From Flavobacteriales bacterium (GTDB lineage: Bacteria > Bacteroidota > Bacteroidia > Flavobacteriales_D > CAJJDF01): a stretch of 64,000 bases of DNA. Below are positions 22,604-31,776 of this stretch, one piece after another. The stretch spans positions 17,710 to 81,709 of the forward strand of contig CBFHHA010000004.1 of NCBI GenBank assembly GCA_965655625.1. Direction: 5' to 3'. Within the stretch, counting starts at the first letter, position 1. Every line of letters starts with the position of its first letter. The notes beneath the pieces were generated by a model that had not been told where the DNA came from, made no database searches, and was given only the letters and a program-made list of their open reading frames with translations. Position numbers and translations under genes: made by a program.

Positions 22604-23599
22604 TTACCAATACTTGTATTTTTCCGAAGAAATAATTTTTTCATCCCTATATTTTATTTCTTCTATTTTATTTCCCTTTGAATCATACTTGTATTTTATA
22701 GATTTATTTAATTCCCAGATTTCATCATACCAGCTTTCCTTTATCAAATTTCCATTTTTATCATAAGTTAGTGTTATTTCGATACCATAATTTCCACCCA
22801 CAAAAACTCTTACACTTTGAGAGCCCCTTGAATTATACTCAATTTCTGTTTCAGAAGTACCATCATGTTCATTTACTCTAATTGTTTTTGCTAAATTTCC
22901 ATGAGCATTGTAAAAATAAGTTTCAGAATCTATAGCCTCATCCTCATAGAATACAACAGATTCAATCAAATTTCCCAAAGTGTTATAGAGGTTTGTTGTT
23001 GTGCTTATTGTTCCATCCCAAAAGTAACTTATTTCTTCTATTACATTTCCTTTTGAATCATACTTGAATTTATTGGAAGACATAATTTTTTCATCCTCAT
23101 ATGTTATTTCCTCTGTTTTATTTCCCTTTGAATCATATTTGTATTTCCATGAATCAGAAACCTTTTCATCTCCTAACTCTATTTCTTCTTTTTCTATTAA
23201 TTTTCCCTCTGAATCATATTTAAAAAATATTGTGAATAAAACTTCTTCGCCTTCGCCATAAGAAGTTATTGATTCTAATTTGCCATCAAGAAGAGATAAA
23301 TATGATTTTTTTAAACTATTTGATTTTAAATTAAGTTCAGTAGATAATGATTTATTATATACCTTCAATGATTCAATTTCCTCATCTTTTGCGGAATTCT
23401 CTTTTTTTAAAGAGCTAATTTTAGACTCAAGATGTAACTTTGTTTCACTTAATTTTTCATTATCCTCAAGAGATCTTAGTAGGACTGAGCTAATACTATC
23501 TAGTTTGTATTCAAGTGTTTCTATTTGTTTTTTCTTACTTTGAGAAAAGGAGAAAGTTATACAAATAAGCAATAGAAGTAGAGTAATTATTTTTTTCAT
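22604..23599 (-). CDS. Secreted protein: shared SQSKKxQI coiled-coil N-terminus plus YD/RHS-like repeat C-terminus
   Basis: Signal peptide; N-terminus near-identical to 26628-27446; repeated KYDSKGN units. Confidence 0.75.
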   Translation of the reverse strand: MKKIITLLLLLICITFSFSQSKKKQIETLEYKLDSISSVLLRSLEDNEKLSETKLHLESKISSLKKENSAKDEEIESLKVYNKSLSTELNLKSNSLKKSYLSLLDGKLESITSYGEGEEVLFTIFFKYDSEGKLIEKEEIELGDEKVSDSWKYKYDSKGNKTEEITYEDEKIMSSNKFKYDSKGNVIEEISYFWDGTISTTTNLYNTLGNLIESVVFYEDEAIDSETYFYNAHGNLAKTIRVNEHDGTSETEIEYNSRGSQSVRVFVGGNYGIEITLTYDKNGNLIKESWYDEIWELNKSIKYKYDSKGNKIEEIKYRDEKIISSEKYKYW

Positions 23600-23790
23600 A
23601 ATCTAAATTTAAAAAAAATGAAGGTTAGTTTACGAAACTATAAAAAGTTACACAATAAAAAACAGTAAAGAATTTATTACAAATCACCTTGCAACTTTAA
23701 AGGCTAACAATGGGAGCAAAACCTTTGAACCATAATTGAATAGACTAAAATTATTAAAATATAAATTGCAAAATCAAAAAATAAGATGAA

Positions 23791-24706
23791 TCATTTTGAA
23801 ACTAATTCATGTGGGTATTTTGATTGAACAATTTCATATTTTATAAAACAAGAGAGATAACTTTCTATCACAATATAATTTGATGAAAGGCTTTTTAACT
23901 CAGTAATTAAATCTTTATCAAACATTTTATTATAAGTCTTTATAAATTCTAATGCTCTAATTTCAGATACTATTACACTATCAAGTAAATCTAAAATGTC
24001 AGATTTATTTTTATTTCCAAGAAAGCTCTTTTTTTATATTCCATAGATTCGTGCACAATTCTTAGAGTATATCGTTACTGATCTTATTTTATAGTCATTA
24101 GTTGTCATAACATTGACTTCCACTCTATTTCCATATTCATCCTCAAGGATAAATATCGTAACCAGTGGATAATCATGCCAGTATTCAAAATCAACTGTCC
24201 ACATTTTATGTAAAGTGGCATTAGATCCTACGTTGTCTTTAATTACTCCCTTAAGCTTCTTAACTATTTCAAGAGGGTCTTGAGATCTCGTTACATCAGT
24301 CATTGAACCTTCTAAGCATGAATTAATTGAAAGCTTTAGCTTAAAATCTTGATCAAAGAGGTCTGATAACTCAGTATCTGATGCAAACATAATATCTGAT
24401 ACGATATTATTAGACTTGGTAGTATCGATTTGAGCAAAAAGGCTACTAGATACAAAGATCGATAGTATAATTGCTGTTAATGACTTCATAATTTTCAATA
24501 TTAAGGATTACAAAAGGTAAAATTGAAAAAAATCCGCTACCGATGATAATTATAACATTTCTCTTATCAGCAGTCATTTCTGGGTAGCCAAAAACAATTA
24601 TTGTTGAAATTATTGTCACCGCAAGGATGGCAAGAAATGCATAACCTACATATTTTAAACTTTTACCCGCACTGTTAAATCTTTTTGTTAATTCTTCTTT
24701 TTGCAG
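23791..24706 (-). pseudogene. Disrupted copy of the 188-aa membrane protein gene at 27624-28190
   Basis: 23791-24035 matches 27624-27868 and 24507-24706 matches 27991-28190; ATG changed to CTG; middle replaced by unrelated ORF. Confidence 0.85.
24034..24489 (-). CDS. Hypothetical secreted protein inserted into the pseudogene
   Basis: MKSLTAIILSIFVSSSLFAQ signal peptide (Gln after cleavage, typical of Bacteroidota); alternative TTG start at 24498. Confidence 0.7.
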   Translation of the reverse strand: MKSLTAIILSIFVSSSLFAQIDTTKSNNIVSDIMFASDTELSDLFDQDFKLKLSINSCLEGSMTDVTRSQDPLEIVKKLKGVIKDNVGSNATLHKMWTVDFEYWHDYPLVTIFILEDEYGNRVEVNVMTTNDYKIRSVTIYSKNCARIYGI

Positions 24707-24850
24707 AAATACTAATTTTTGTAATTCTGAAAATCTATTTATCTAAATCGAACTAACAGAATCTTTTTCATATTGTCATTTAAAAATTTATGATATGAAG
24801 ATAAGATTGTTTTCATAACTTATAACAATTATTACAAAGGTGTTTTTATG

Positions 24851-24996
24851 AGTTCTGTCGCATTAGACTAAAGCCGACTGATTTTTGTCGTTTTTGATAA
24901 CAATTGAAAAATCTAAATCTTTGTTTGTGATTTAACTTTTGAACGAAGAGCAATTTTGGTAAAAAGTAGTTCTAAACTATTTAATACGACATAAAC
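24851..24996 (-). mobile_element. Degenerate MITE copy with IS6-like ends, inverted relative to 33949-34099
   Basis: Ends AGTTCTGTCGCATTAG and TTAATACGACATAAAC; internal GATTTTTGTCGTTTTTGA and GTGATTTAACTTTT align with the reverse complement of 33949-34099. Confidence 0.65.
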
Positions 24997-25033
24997 AAAA
25001 CGTAAACATATAATACTTAATGATTAGAGGAAC

Positions 25034-26062
25034 TCAATCCGGCAATTTAATTCCGATAAATTCAATGTTGTAATCAATCTCTCCCTCAATACCCCTTGAT
25101 TTATGCATTAATGCAACTACCGCATAATTATTTACATTATTTATAAAATGACCTGCATATTCAACACTACTCCATGAATCATAAAATTCATCATATTCTA
25201 AATTACCTCGATATTCTAACTTGATTGTATTTTCTGTTATTTTTGTTTTTAATTCGTAAGAATTACTTTTTGATTCAAGAATTATGTCTATTGATTTTTT
25301 TTCGTAGTTAATTGAGCGTTCTATAGTTTTTGAAGTGTTGTATTTTCCAAATCCAATTGGAATTATATTATAATTCTTTATGGTCTTAAAAACAGAATTA
25401 TAATAATCCTTATCGGTCCATAAAGCTCCTGCCTCCATATCCATTTCCTCTGCAGATGTACTTACTCGTTTTAAAGTTTGATTAGATTTTAAATCTATAA
25501 CCACTATATCCGAATTGCAACAACCACACATACCACCACAATAATCTATTTTATATGCAATATAGCCATTGTAATTCAATCCAATTGGGTATATAACAGG
25601 AGGGTTAAAACCATTACCATTAATGTATACATATTCAAAATCAAATTCAGTTTGAACCTCAAGAGGTTCTATATTTCCATCATCTCCATAGGAGAGATAA
25701 CTGGTTTGAACTTGTCTCGTCTTTAGTTTTTCTATACTATCTGATTTTAAAATTAAATCAGCAACTACTAATTGGTAGTCTTGCTCTAAAGACTTAACTT
25801 CTTTTATTAAAGATTCTATTTTCTCATTTTTCAAGCTTATCTCATCATTTTTAGAACCAATCTTACTGTTCAAAGAGCTAATTTTAGATTCAAGAGCTAT
25901 TTTATTTGAATTAAGTTCTCGATTATCATCAGTAGAGCTTAGTAGCACTGAATTAATACTATCTAACTTATATATAAGTATTTCTATTTGTTTTTTCTTA
26001 CTTTGAGAAAAGGAGATGCTTACACAAATAAACAATAAAGAGACAGTGATTAATTTCTTCAT
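25034..26062 (-). CDS. Secreted protein: shared SQSKKxQI coiled-coil N-terminus plus Cys-containing C-terminal domain of unknown function
   Basis: Signal peptide, same N-terminal block; CGGMCGCC motif in the C-terminal part. Confidence 0.75.
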   Translation of the reverse strand: MKKLITVSLLFICVSISFSQSKKKQIEILIYKLDSINSVLLSSTDDNRELNSNKIALESKISSLNSKIGSKNDEISLKNEKIESLIKEVKSLEQDYQLVVADLILKSDSIEKLKTRQVQTSYLSYGDDGNIEPLEVQTEFDFEYVYINGNGFNPPVIYPIGLNYNGYIAYKIDYCGGMCGCCNSDIVVIDLKSNQTLKRVSTSAEEMDMEAGALWTDKDYYNSVFKTIKNYNIIPIGFGKYNTSKTIERSINYEKKSIDIILESKSNSYELKTKITENTIKLEYRGNLEYDEFYDSWSSVEYAGHFINNVNNYAVVALMHKSRGIEGEIDYNIEFIGIKLPD

Positions 26063-26091
26063 AATCTAAATTTAAAAAAAAATTGAAGTTT

Positions 26092-26228
26092 AGTTTACGA
26101 AACCATAAAATATTTTTTATTTACCCAAAAAAAAGTAACTTATGCTGATTTACAGTTGTTTGTAAGTTTGAGGTATAAAAGACGTTCTATTAGCTAATAT
26201 TTCACCCTTTTTATGGTTTCCGTAAACT
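26092..26228. repeat. Inverted repeat pair upstream of 25034-26062
   Basis: AGTTTACGAAACCATAAAA (26092-26110) versus TTTTATGGTTTCCGTAAACT (26209-26228), one-base indel. Confidence 0.7.
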
Positions 26229-26305
26229 CCTACCATTTTTCTTTTTTTTGATTAGCATATCTATATTTCAAATAATTAAGTCTTACACTTCTTTATCGGG
26301 TTAAG

Positions 26306-26358
26306 AATGTATTAAAAATTAAATTTATTATCTTTAATGAAGTTAATGCGACAGAACC
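26306..26358 (+). mobile_element. Isolated IS6-like element end (type C)
   Basis: AATGTATTAAAAATTAAATTTATTATCTTTAAT..AGTTAATGCGACAGAACC, nearly identical to 31916-31968. Confidence 0.65.
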
Positions 26359-26479
26359 GAAACAATGATACAGATTGAAGAAGTTTTGTCTAATCAAAAG
26401 AAAAAATAAAATGGTTTATAAATCCTGAGCAAAACACTAAACAGATTTGCTAAAGGCTTACCGAGGGTCAACCTTTCTT

Positions 26480-26568
26480 CAAAAAGTTAAATAAACAAAC
26501 ATTTAGGTTTTTCAGTTTTTATCAAAAACGACAAAAATCAGTGGATTTTAGTTTAATGCGACAGAACC
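26480..26568 (+). mobile_element. Truncated MITE, right end (type B)
   Basis: CAAAAAGTTAAAT...CAAAAACGACAAAAATCA...TTTAGTTTAATGCGACAGAACC, as at 34004-34099. Confidence 0.65.
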
Positions 26569-26627
26569 AGAAAGTTTGCTTTTAATTGATTAATTGTATT
26601 TGATTTAAAATTTGTTTTTCTCATACT

Positions 26628-27446
26628 CTATTCAGAGCAACGTTGAATTTCACTTTCTATGTCTATTCCTATCCAAGATGGATCTGCTAGAAAGTCACAA
26701 CCCATTGGGCTTTGATATTGAAAAATTTTTACGAGCCTTTCTTCGTATGTTGGATTCCAGTTTTCCGGAAAACCTGTCTTTGACCCGAGGCTGAAATCCT
26801 TATCTAAATCTTTTTTAATGATCTTATCTGCTGCCTGTAGGCATTCGCATATTTTGTCATTGAATTTGACTACTCTTGATTTATGAATAAATCCGGTCGA
26901 AGAATCTGAGAATTTCACTTTTTTATGGTCTTTTTTCTCACCTATTATTTCAAACTTATCACCACTATATACTTGTCTTATAATAGTTCCGCCTGGTATT
27001 TCTCGTAAGTTAGAATAACCGTCTGGATCTTCAATGATGTAATATTCTGCCTTATTTTCTTTTTTAGTATTTTCAATAATTTCATGAAGTATATTAATGG
27101 AATCGTTTAAAAGCCTAATTACTGATTCTTTTTGATTGATTAACTCTTCATTTTTTGAAAGTTTCTCCAACTGATTTTGATTTTCCTCTCTGAGTTTATT
27201 TTGAAGTTCTTTTGAATTAAAATTTTCTTTTTTTAATGAATCATTCTCTTTTTTCAACAAGCTAATTTTAGACTCAAGGACTAATTTTGTATTGCTTAAT
27301 TTTTCATTATCATCAATAGACCTTAGTAATACTGAATTAACACTATCTAATTTAATAGTTAGTGTTTCTATTTGTTGTTTCTTGCTTTGAGAAAAGGAGA
27401 AAGTTATACAAATAAGCAATAGAAGTAGAGTAATTATTTTTTTCAT
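26628..27446 (-). CDS. Secreted protein: shared SQSKKxQI coiled-coil N-terminus plus SH3b-like domain
   Basis: Signal peptide; IEDPDGYSNLRE.PG...GFIHKSRV resembles bacterial SH3 domains. Confidence 0.75.
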   Translation of the reverse strand: MKKIITLLLLLICITFSFSQSKKQQIETLTIKLDSVNSVLLRSIDDNEKLSNTKLVLESKISLLKKENDSLKKENFNSKELQNKLREENQNQLEKLSKNEELINQKESVIRLLNDSINILHEIIENTKKENKAEYYIIEDPDGYSNLREIPGGTIIRQVYSGDKFEIIGEKKDHKKVKFSDSSTGFIHKSRVVKFNDKICECLQAADKIIKKDLDKDFSLGSKTGFPENWNPTYEERLVKIFQYQSPMGCDFLADPSWIGIDIESEIQRCSE

Positions 27447-27623
27447 AATCTAAATTTAAAAAAAATGAAGGTTAGTTTACAAAACTATAAAAAGTTACAC
27501 AATAAAAAACAGTAAAGAATTTATTACAAATCACCTTGCAACTTTAAAGGCTAACAATGGGAGCAAAACCTTTGAACCCTATTTGAATAAAATATAAATT
27601 GCAAAATCAAAAAATAAGATGAA

Positions 27624-28190
27624 TCATTTTGAAACTAATTCATGTGGGTATTTTAATTGAACAATTTCATATTTTATGAAACAAGAGAGATAACTTTCTA
27701 TCACAATATAATTTGATGAAAGGCTTTTTAACTCAGTAATTAAATCTTTATCAAACTTTTTGTTGTAAGTCTTTATAAATTCTAATGCTCTAATTTCAGA
27801 TACTATTAAACTATCAAGTAAATCTAAAATGTCAGATTTATTTTTATTTCCAAGAAAGCTCTTTTTTTGTGAACATATCAAATCGTTGAGTAAATCTGCA
27901 CTTTCGCTAATGGTTTCTGTTTTTTCTATTTGAAGATTTTTAATTCTTATTTTCATTAAGAATCCACCTGCTTCAATCAATTTAATGGCAATTACAAAAG
28001 GTAAAATTGAAAAAAATCCGCTACCGATGATAATTATAACATTTCTCTTATCAGTAGTCATTTCTGGGTAGCCAAAAACAATTATTGTTGAAATTATTGT
28101 CACCGCAAGGATGGCAAGAAATGCATAACCTGCATATTTTAAACTTTTACCCGCACTGTTAAATCTTTTTGTTAATTCTTCTTTTTGCAT
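27624..28190 (-). CDS. Hypothetical membrane protein (2 N-terminal TM segments)
   Basis: 188-aa ORF; intact counterpart of pseudogene 23791-24706. Confidence 0.7.
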   Translation of the reverse strand: MQKEELTKRFNSAGKSLKYAGYAFLAILAVTIISTIIVFGYPEMTTDKRNVIIIIGSGFFSILPFVIAIKLIEAGGFLMKIRIKNLQIEKTETISESADLLNDLICSQKKSFLGNKNKSDILDLLDSLIVSEIRALEFIKTYNKKFDKDLITELKSLSSNYIVIESYLSCFIKYEIVQLKYPHELVSK

Positions 28191-28320
28191 AAATACTAAT
28201 TTTTGTAATTCTGAAAATCATATTTCTAAACATTTAATTTACGAGAAATTCACGAAAACCAAAAGAAAATAGAAATTTTCGTCTAATTTAGAAGGCTAAT
28301 GATTTAAAATCATTTGGAAA

Positions 28321-28575
28321 ATGAGATTTAAAAGAAAATTAAAATATAAAAAGAAATTACTCATAATTTTATCCATCATTCTAGCTATAATTGCTATTGG
28401 CATAGTTGTCCTAGTAAGTCTAAATTTACTGCCTTTGTCGCTTATTTTCACATTCCCTCTTTTTGTGCTAATCATATACAAAATGGGTAAAGATGTTGAT
28501 GTCATAGTTGATAAGTTGTTACTGTCAGACGTTATGGAGTTTTTTGATGAAATGGAGGAAGAAGTTAAAGATTAA
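28321..28575 (+). CDS. Small membrane protein
   Basis: 84 aa, basic N-terminus, two hydrophobic stretches, acidic tail; followed by a degenerate paralog. Confidence 0.55.
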   Translation: MRFKRKLKYKKKLLIILSIILAIIAIGIVVLVSLNLLPLSLIFTFPLFVLIIYKMGKDVDVIVDKLLLSDVMEFFDEMEEEVKD

Positions 28576-28639
28576 GAAAAATGTAATCTATTTAGTACAA
28601 ACTAAACCACAATTAAACGAATTTAGAGAGGCAAATTAA

Positions 28640-28885
28640 TCTTCATAAAGCCAAAATCAAGAACGGATCCATACATACCTCTATCTATTATATTAGCTTT
28701 TATTGCAGGTATTATGGTTGTTCGGGTGATTTTGAATTTATTACCATTATCTTTTATTTTTATCTCCCAGTTAATTCTTTTAACCATATTCAGGACAGGC
28801 AAAAATGTGAACATAATTGTAACGAACGTAGGTTAAAAAAATTAATTTAATCATTTAATAAGATGGAAGAGAAGGTGATAGATTA
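28640..28885 (+). pseudogene. Degenerate tandem paralog of 28321-28575
   Basis: Plus strand reads LSIILAFIAGIMVVRVILNLLPLSFIFIS...GKNVNIIV* versus LSIILAIIAIGIVVLVSLNLLPLSLIFT...GKDVDVIV; no start, early stop. Confidence 0.6.
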
Positions 28886-29280
28886 AAATTAATAACACAA
28901 AATGATTAACCTGTTTCTTTCACTTTAATCAAGTAACAATATACGTTATCTACCTTCAATTTATTACCTGATTTTAAACTATTTTGAAGTGATTTAGATT
29001 CAAAAAAGCATTGCATATTTCAATACAAGGAACAACAGTTAAATCTACATCAGATAGAGGGCTATAATTTCTTAATCTAAAATTCGTAAAATTATCTTTT
29101 TGCCAACCAATTTCAGTTTTAGTTAAAACAACTTCTAACTTAAGATCATACCAATAGGCACCTTGCTTTATTATTTTAACACTGACTATAGAACTTAAGA
29201 AGTGATTTTTGTTAAATCTGAAATTAAAATGGAAAATTTTAAGTTTTAAATTATTATTGCTTTAAAAGTATAAAGGTCAT

Positions 29281-29538
29281 TTAAGGATTAAGTTTAGGAT
29301 AATGACTACATACATTTGATGGTTCAGTTAATACACAATGTGTTAAATACGGTAAATCATATATTTCACATATTTCAGATTCAATCATGAGATCAAAAAA
29401 TTCACCGAAAGTTTCGCATTCCTCAATTTCATAGCTAAACTCAGTTTCTACCTCTTTATCTCTGTAGCTAGTCACTATAGCTTCCAAATTAGTTATAAAC
29501 TGCTCATCGAGCGTTTTCATAATATTCTCAATATCCAT
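29281..29538 (-). CDS. Hypothetical acidic protein
   Basis: 85-aa ATG-initiated ORF, co-oriented with upstream cluster. Confidence 0.55.
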   Translation of the reverse strand: MDIENIMKTLDEQFITNLEAIVTSYRDKEVETEFSYEIEECETFGEFFDLMIESEICEIYDLPYLTHCVLTEPSNVCSHYPKLNP

Positions 29539-29604
29539 AATTACTTTAATTTTAATGATTAATACTGTAACAATCCGTTCTGATGCAAACTAACAACATT
29601 CAGG

Positions 29605-30090
29605 CTATAGAAGCCGTCTTAATATTGACTCCCAATCAGGATATTCGTTCCATTTTTCATTTTCATAGTCCCAACCAAAATGCAGATGAGTTCCTTTAAA
29701 ATTTTCAGCACCATTTGCAAGCCGGTCATCTATCAAAAATTCCCCAACGAGTTTATCTTTTCGATGAGATATAATAATTTTCTTTTTAAAAATTTCACCA
29801 AATTTTTCTTCAATCCATAATCGCTTGTCAATCCATGCAGAAGGATTTCCCCAAGGTGCAGTAGTTAAAACAAATAGATCGTACTTTTGACTTTCATACA
29901 ACTGAATTACTGATTCAACGGCTTTAGAAATTTCAGGTAATGTTCGGAAAACACCTTCAATTTCATCAGGTCTATTATGATACACTCCATCAATATTCTT
30001 AGGATGTAAAGCAGCCCCCTTAGCTAAATCAGCCAACACCCCATCCATATCTATATAAACAACTGGTCTTTTTTCCTTGTTCATTTCCAT
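29605..30090 (-). CDS. 5'(3')-deoxyribonucleotidase, NT5C/HAD family
   Basis: YIDMDGVLAD motif I, LTTAPW, KRLWIEE, LIDDR. Confidence 0.85.
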   Translation of the reverse strand: MEMNKEKRPVVYIDMDGVLADLAKGAALHPKNIDGVYHNRPDEIEGVFRTLPEISKAVESVIQLYESQKYDLFVLTTAPWGNPSAWIDKRLWIEEKFGEIFKKKIIISHRKDKLVGEFLIDDRLANGAENFKGTHLHFGWDYENEKWNEYPDWESILRRLL

Positions 30091-30112
30091 GTAAACTTGT
30101 TTTCTACTATTT

Positions 30113-31027
30113 TTAATTCAGGAAGAAAACCTCCACTCGTCTATTTTTCTTTTTATTTTCCTCTGTATCATTTGCAAAAATAGGCTCTGTATCACCTTTT
30201 CCAGAGTATTGAATCTGCTCTTGACTTATCCCATTAGCAAGTAAATAATCATAGATAGCTTTTGCCCTAGATATACTTAATGACATATTAAACGAACTCG
30301 AACCTTCTGAACTTGTATGCCCGGTAAGTATAGCCTTCCTATTTCTATTAGATTTAAAATAGTTTAAAATTCCTTGGAGGGCATCAACGGAACCTTTCGA
30401 AATATTGGCACTATTAAATTCAAATTGAACCGCATCTAGGCTATTCTTTAAATCACATAATTCATTAAACTCATTGAGTTTTTGTAGTTTAAATGGATTT
30501 GAATTATTAGGATAAAAAAACAGTTTAGCTGTGTCATTTATAACTACTCCTCGAAATACATCAAGCGAAGATGTGTTATTTTTTGTTGCTTTGTAAGAAA
30601 GATCAAAAACAGAATCATTTTTCCATGTTCTATTCGTTAATTTTATATCATACCCGAAATCCGAATTCAACAAAAAGTATTTGATCGTTTCTTCATCATA
30701 ACATTCTGGATAATAGATAAATTTAATAAGTTTATCAAACTGATGAGTAATAAACAAGGCTTTTATATATTCACCCAAGTTTGCTCCAAATGGATTCATC
30801 ACTGGATTAGACCAATTTGCCGATGGAACAGATGCTTCTTTAATTTCATCAATGCCATTTTGAGATTGATCATTCACCGTTGCAATTCTCAATTCGTCTG
30901 ACTCCAATAGTATTTCAGCTCTTTGCCGTTCAGAGCTACTTTTAGTTTCAATGTTACAATTTTGAATTAGAAAAACTAATCCAAATAATTGTATTACGAT
31001 TAAAGTGTATTTCTTATTTTTTTTCAT
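30113..31027 (-). CDS. OmpA-like peptidoglycan-binding domain protein (possible lipoprotein)
   Basis: C-terminal FEFNSA...GHTSSEGS..FNMSLSISRAKAI...G.G...P...NRRVE. Confidence 0.85.
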   Translation of the reverse strand: MKKNKKYTLIVIQLFGLVFLIQNCNIETKSSSERQRAEILLESDELRIATVNDQSQNGIDEIKEASVPSANWSNPVMNPFGANLGEYIKALFITHQFDKLIKFIYYPECYDEETIKYFLLNSDFGYDIKLTNRTWKNDSVFDLSYKATKNNTSSLDVFRGVVINDTAKLFFYPNNSNPFKLQKLNEFNELCDLKNSLDAVQFEFNSANISKGSVDALQGILNYFKSNRNRKAILTGHTSSEGSSSFNMSLSISRAKAIYDYLLANGISQEQIQYSGKGDTEPIFANDTEENKKKNRRVEVFFLN

Positions 31028-31661
31028 CCCTAATTATTAACTCCATAATATCTATAATTTTGTCAAACCTATGATCTGAATCATATTCAAACTTATTAAA
31101 TTGAATTGAATTGAGCTTTAAAAAAGTCATCATTTCTTCAAAACTTAATAATTTATCAGATCTTGATAGGTGAATATTGTATTTATTGTTTGAGGAACTG
31201 GCAAGATTAGAATCAATAAATAATTCAAATTCGATCAAATCCTCAATGTACTTTTCGTTAAAAAACCACTTTTCCTGGGTTTTATAATTAGCAAGTTCTG
31301 TGTTTGCGTATTTCTGGAGTGTTTTAGAAGGACTCCAACTTGGATTTATTGCGTGAACGGTTAAAAATTCCTCTTTGAATTTAGCTCTGAAATAATTAGC
31401 ATAAAAACCACCCAAGGAAGTCCCAACCAAGAAAACTTTTCTTCCTTTATTTCCTCTTATAAGTCGATTTATTTCTCGAATTGAATTTCTTGGACTTTGG
31501 TCTAGAGCCGGGGCAATAAGTTTAAATTTATCCGTCAATTGATTTTGATAGATGAACTCAGAAATTTGCTCTGCTTTTTTTCCTGGTCCTGAATTAAACC
31601 CGTGAAGTAAAATTATCACATTTGGAACTGACTTTATTATTAACGCTGGTCTTGGTGTCAT
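31014..31661 (-). CDS. YqiA/YcfP-family alpha/beta hydrolase (esterase)
   Basis: LHGFNSGP, GTSLGGFYA nucleophile elbow, INP, DHRF. Confidence 0.85.
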   Translation of the reverse strand: MTPRPALIIKSVPNVIILLHGFNSGPGKKAEQISEFIYQNQLTDKFKLIAPALDQSPRNSIREINRLIRGNKGRKVFLVGTSLGGFYANYFRAKFKEEFLTVHAINPSWSPSKTLQKYANTELANYKTQEKWFFNEKYIEDLIEFELFIDSNLASSSNNKYNIHLSRSDKLLSFEEMMTFLKLNSIQFNKFEYDSDHRFDKIIDIMELIIRDEKK

Positions 31662-31776
31662 AATTTATTTTACCTAAAATAAATAAAAATATTAACTATT
31701 CAAAATCAGTGATTAACCTTGCACTTTCAAGAATAATTAGCGGAAAACCAAAAAATCATAAACAATTGAATCAATA

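Noticed and set aside
28974..29250. Startless minus-strand open frame (...KQGAYWYDLKLEVVLTKTEIGWQKD...)
   Set aside because: No start codon and no recognisable family; may be a gene remnant but cannot be supported
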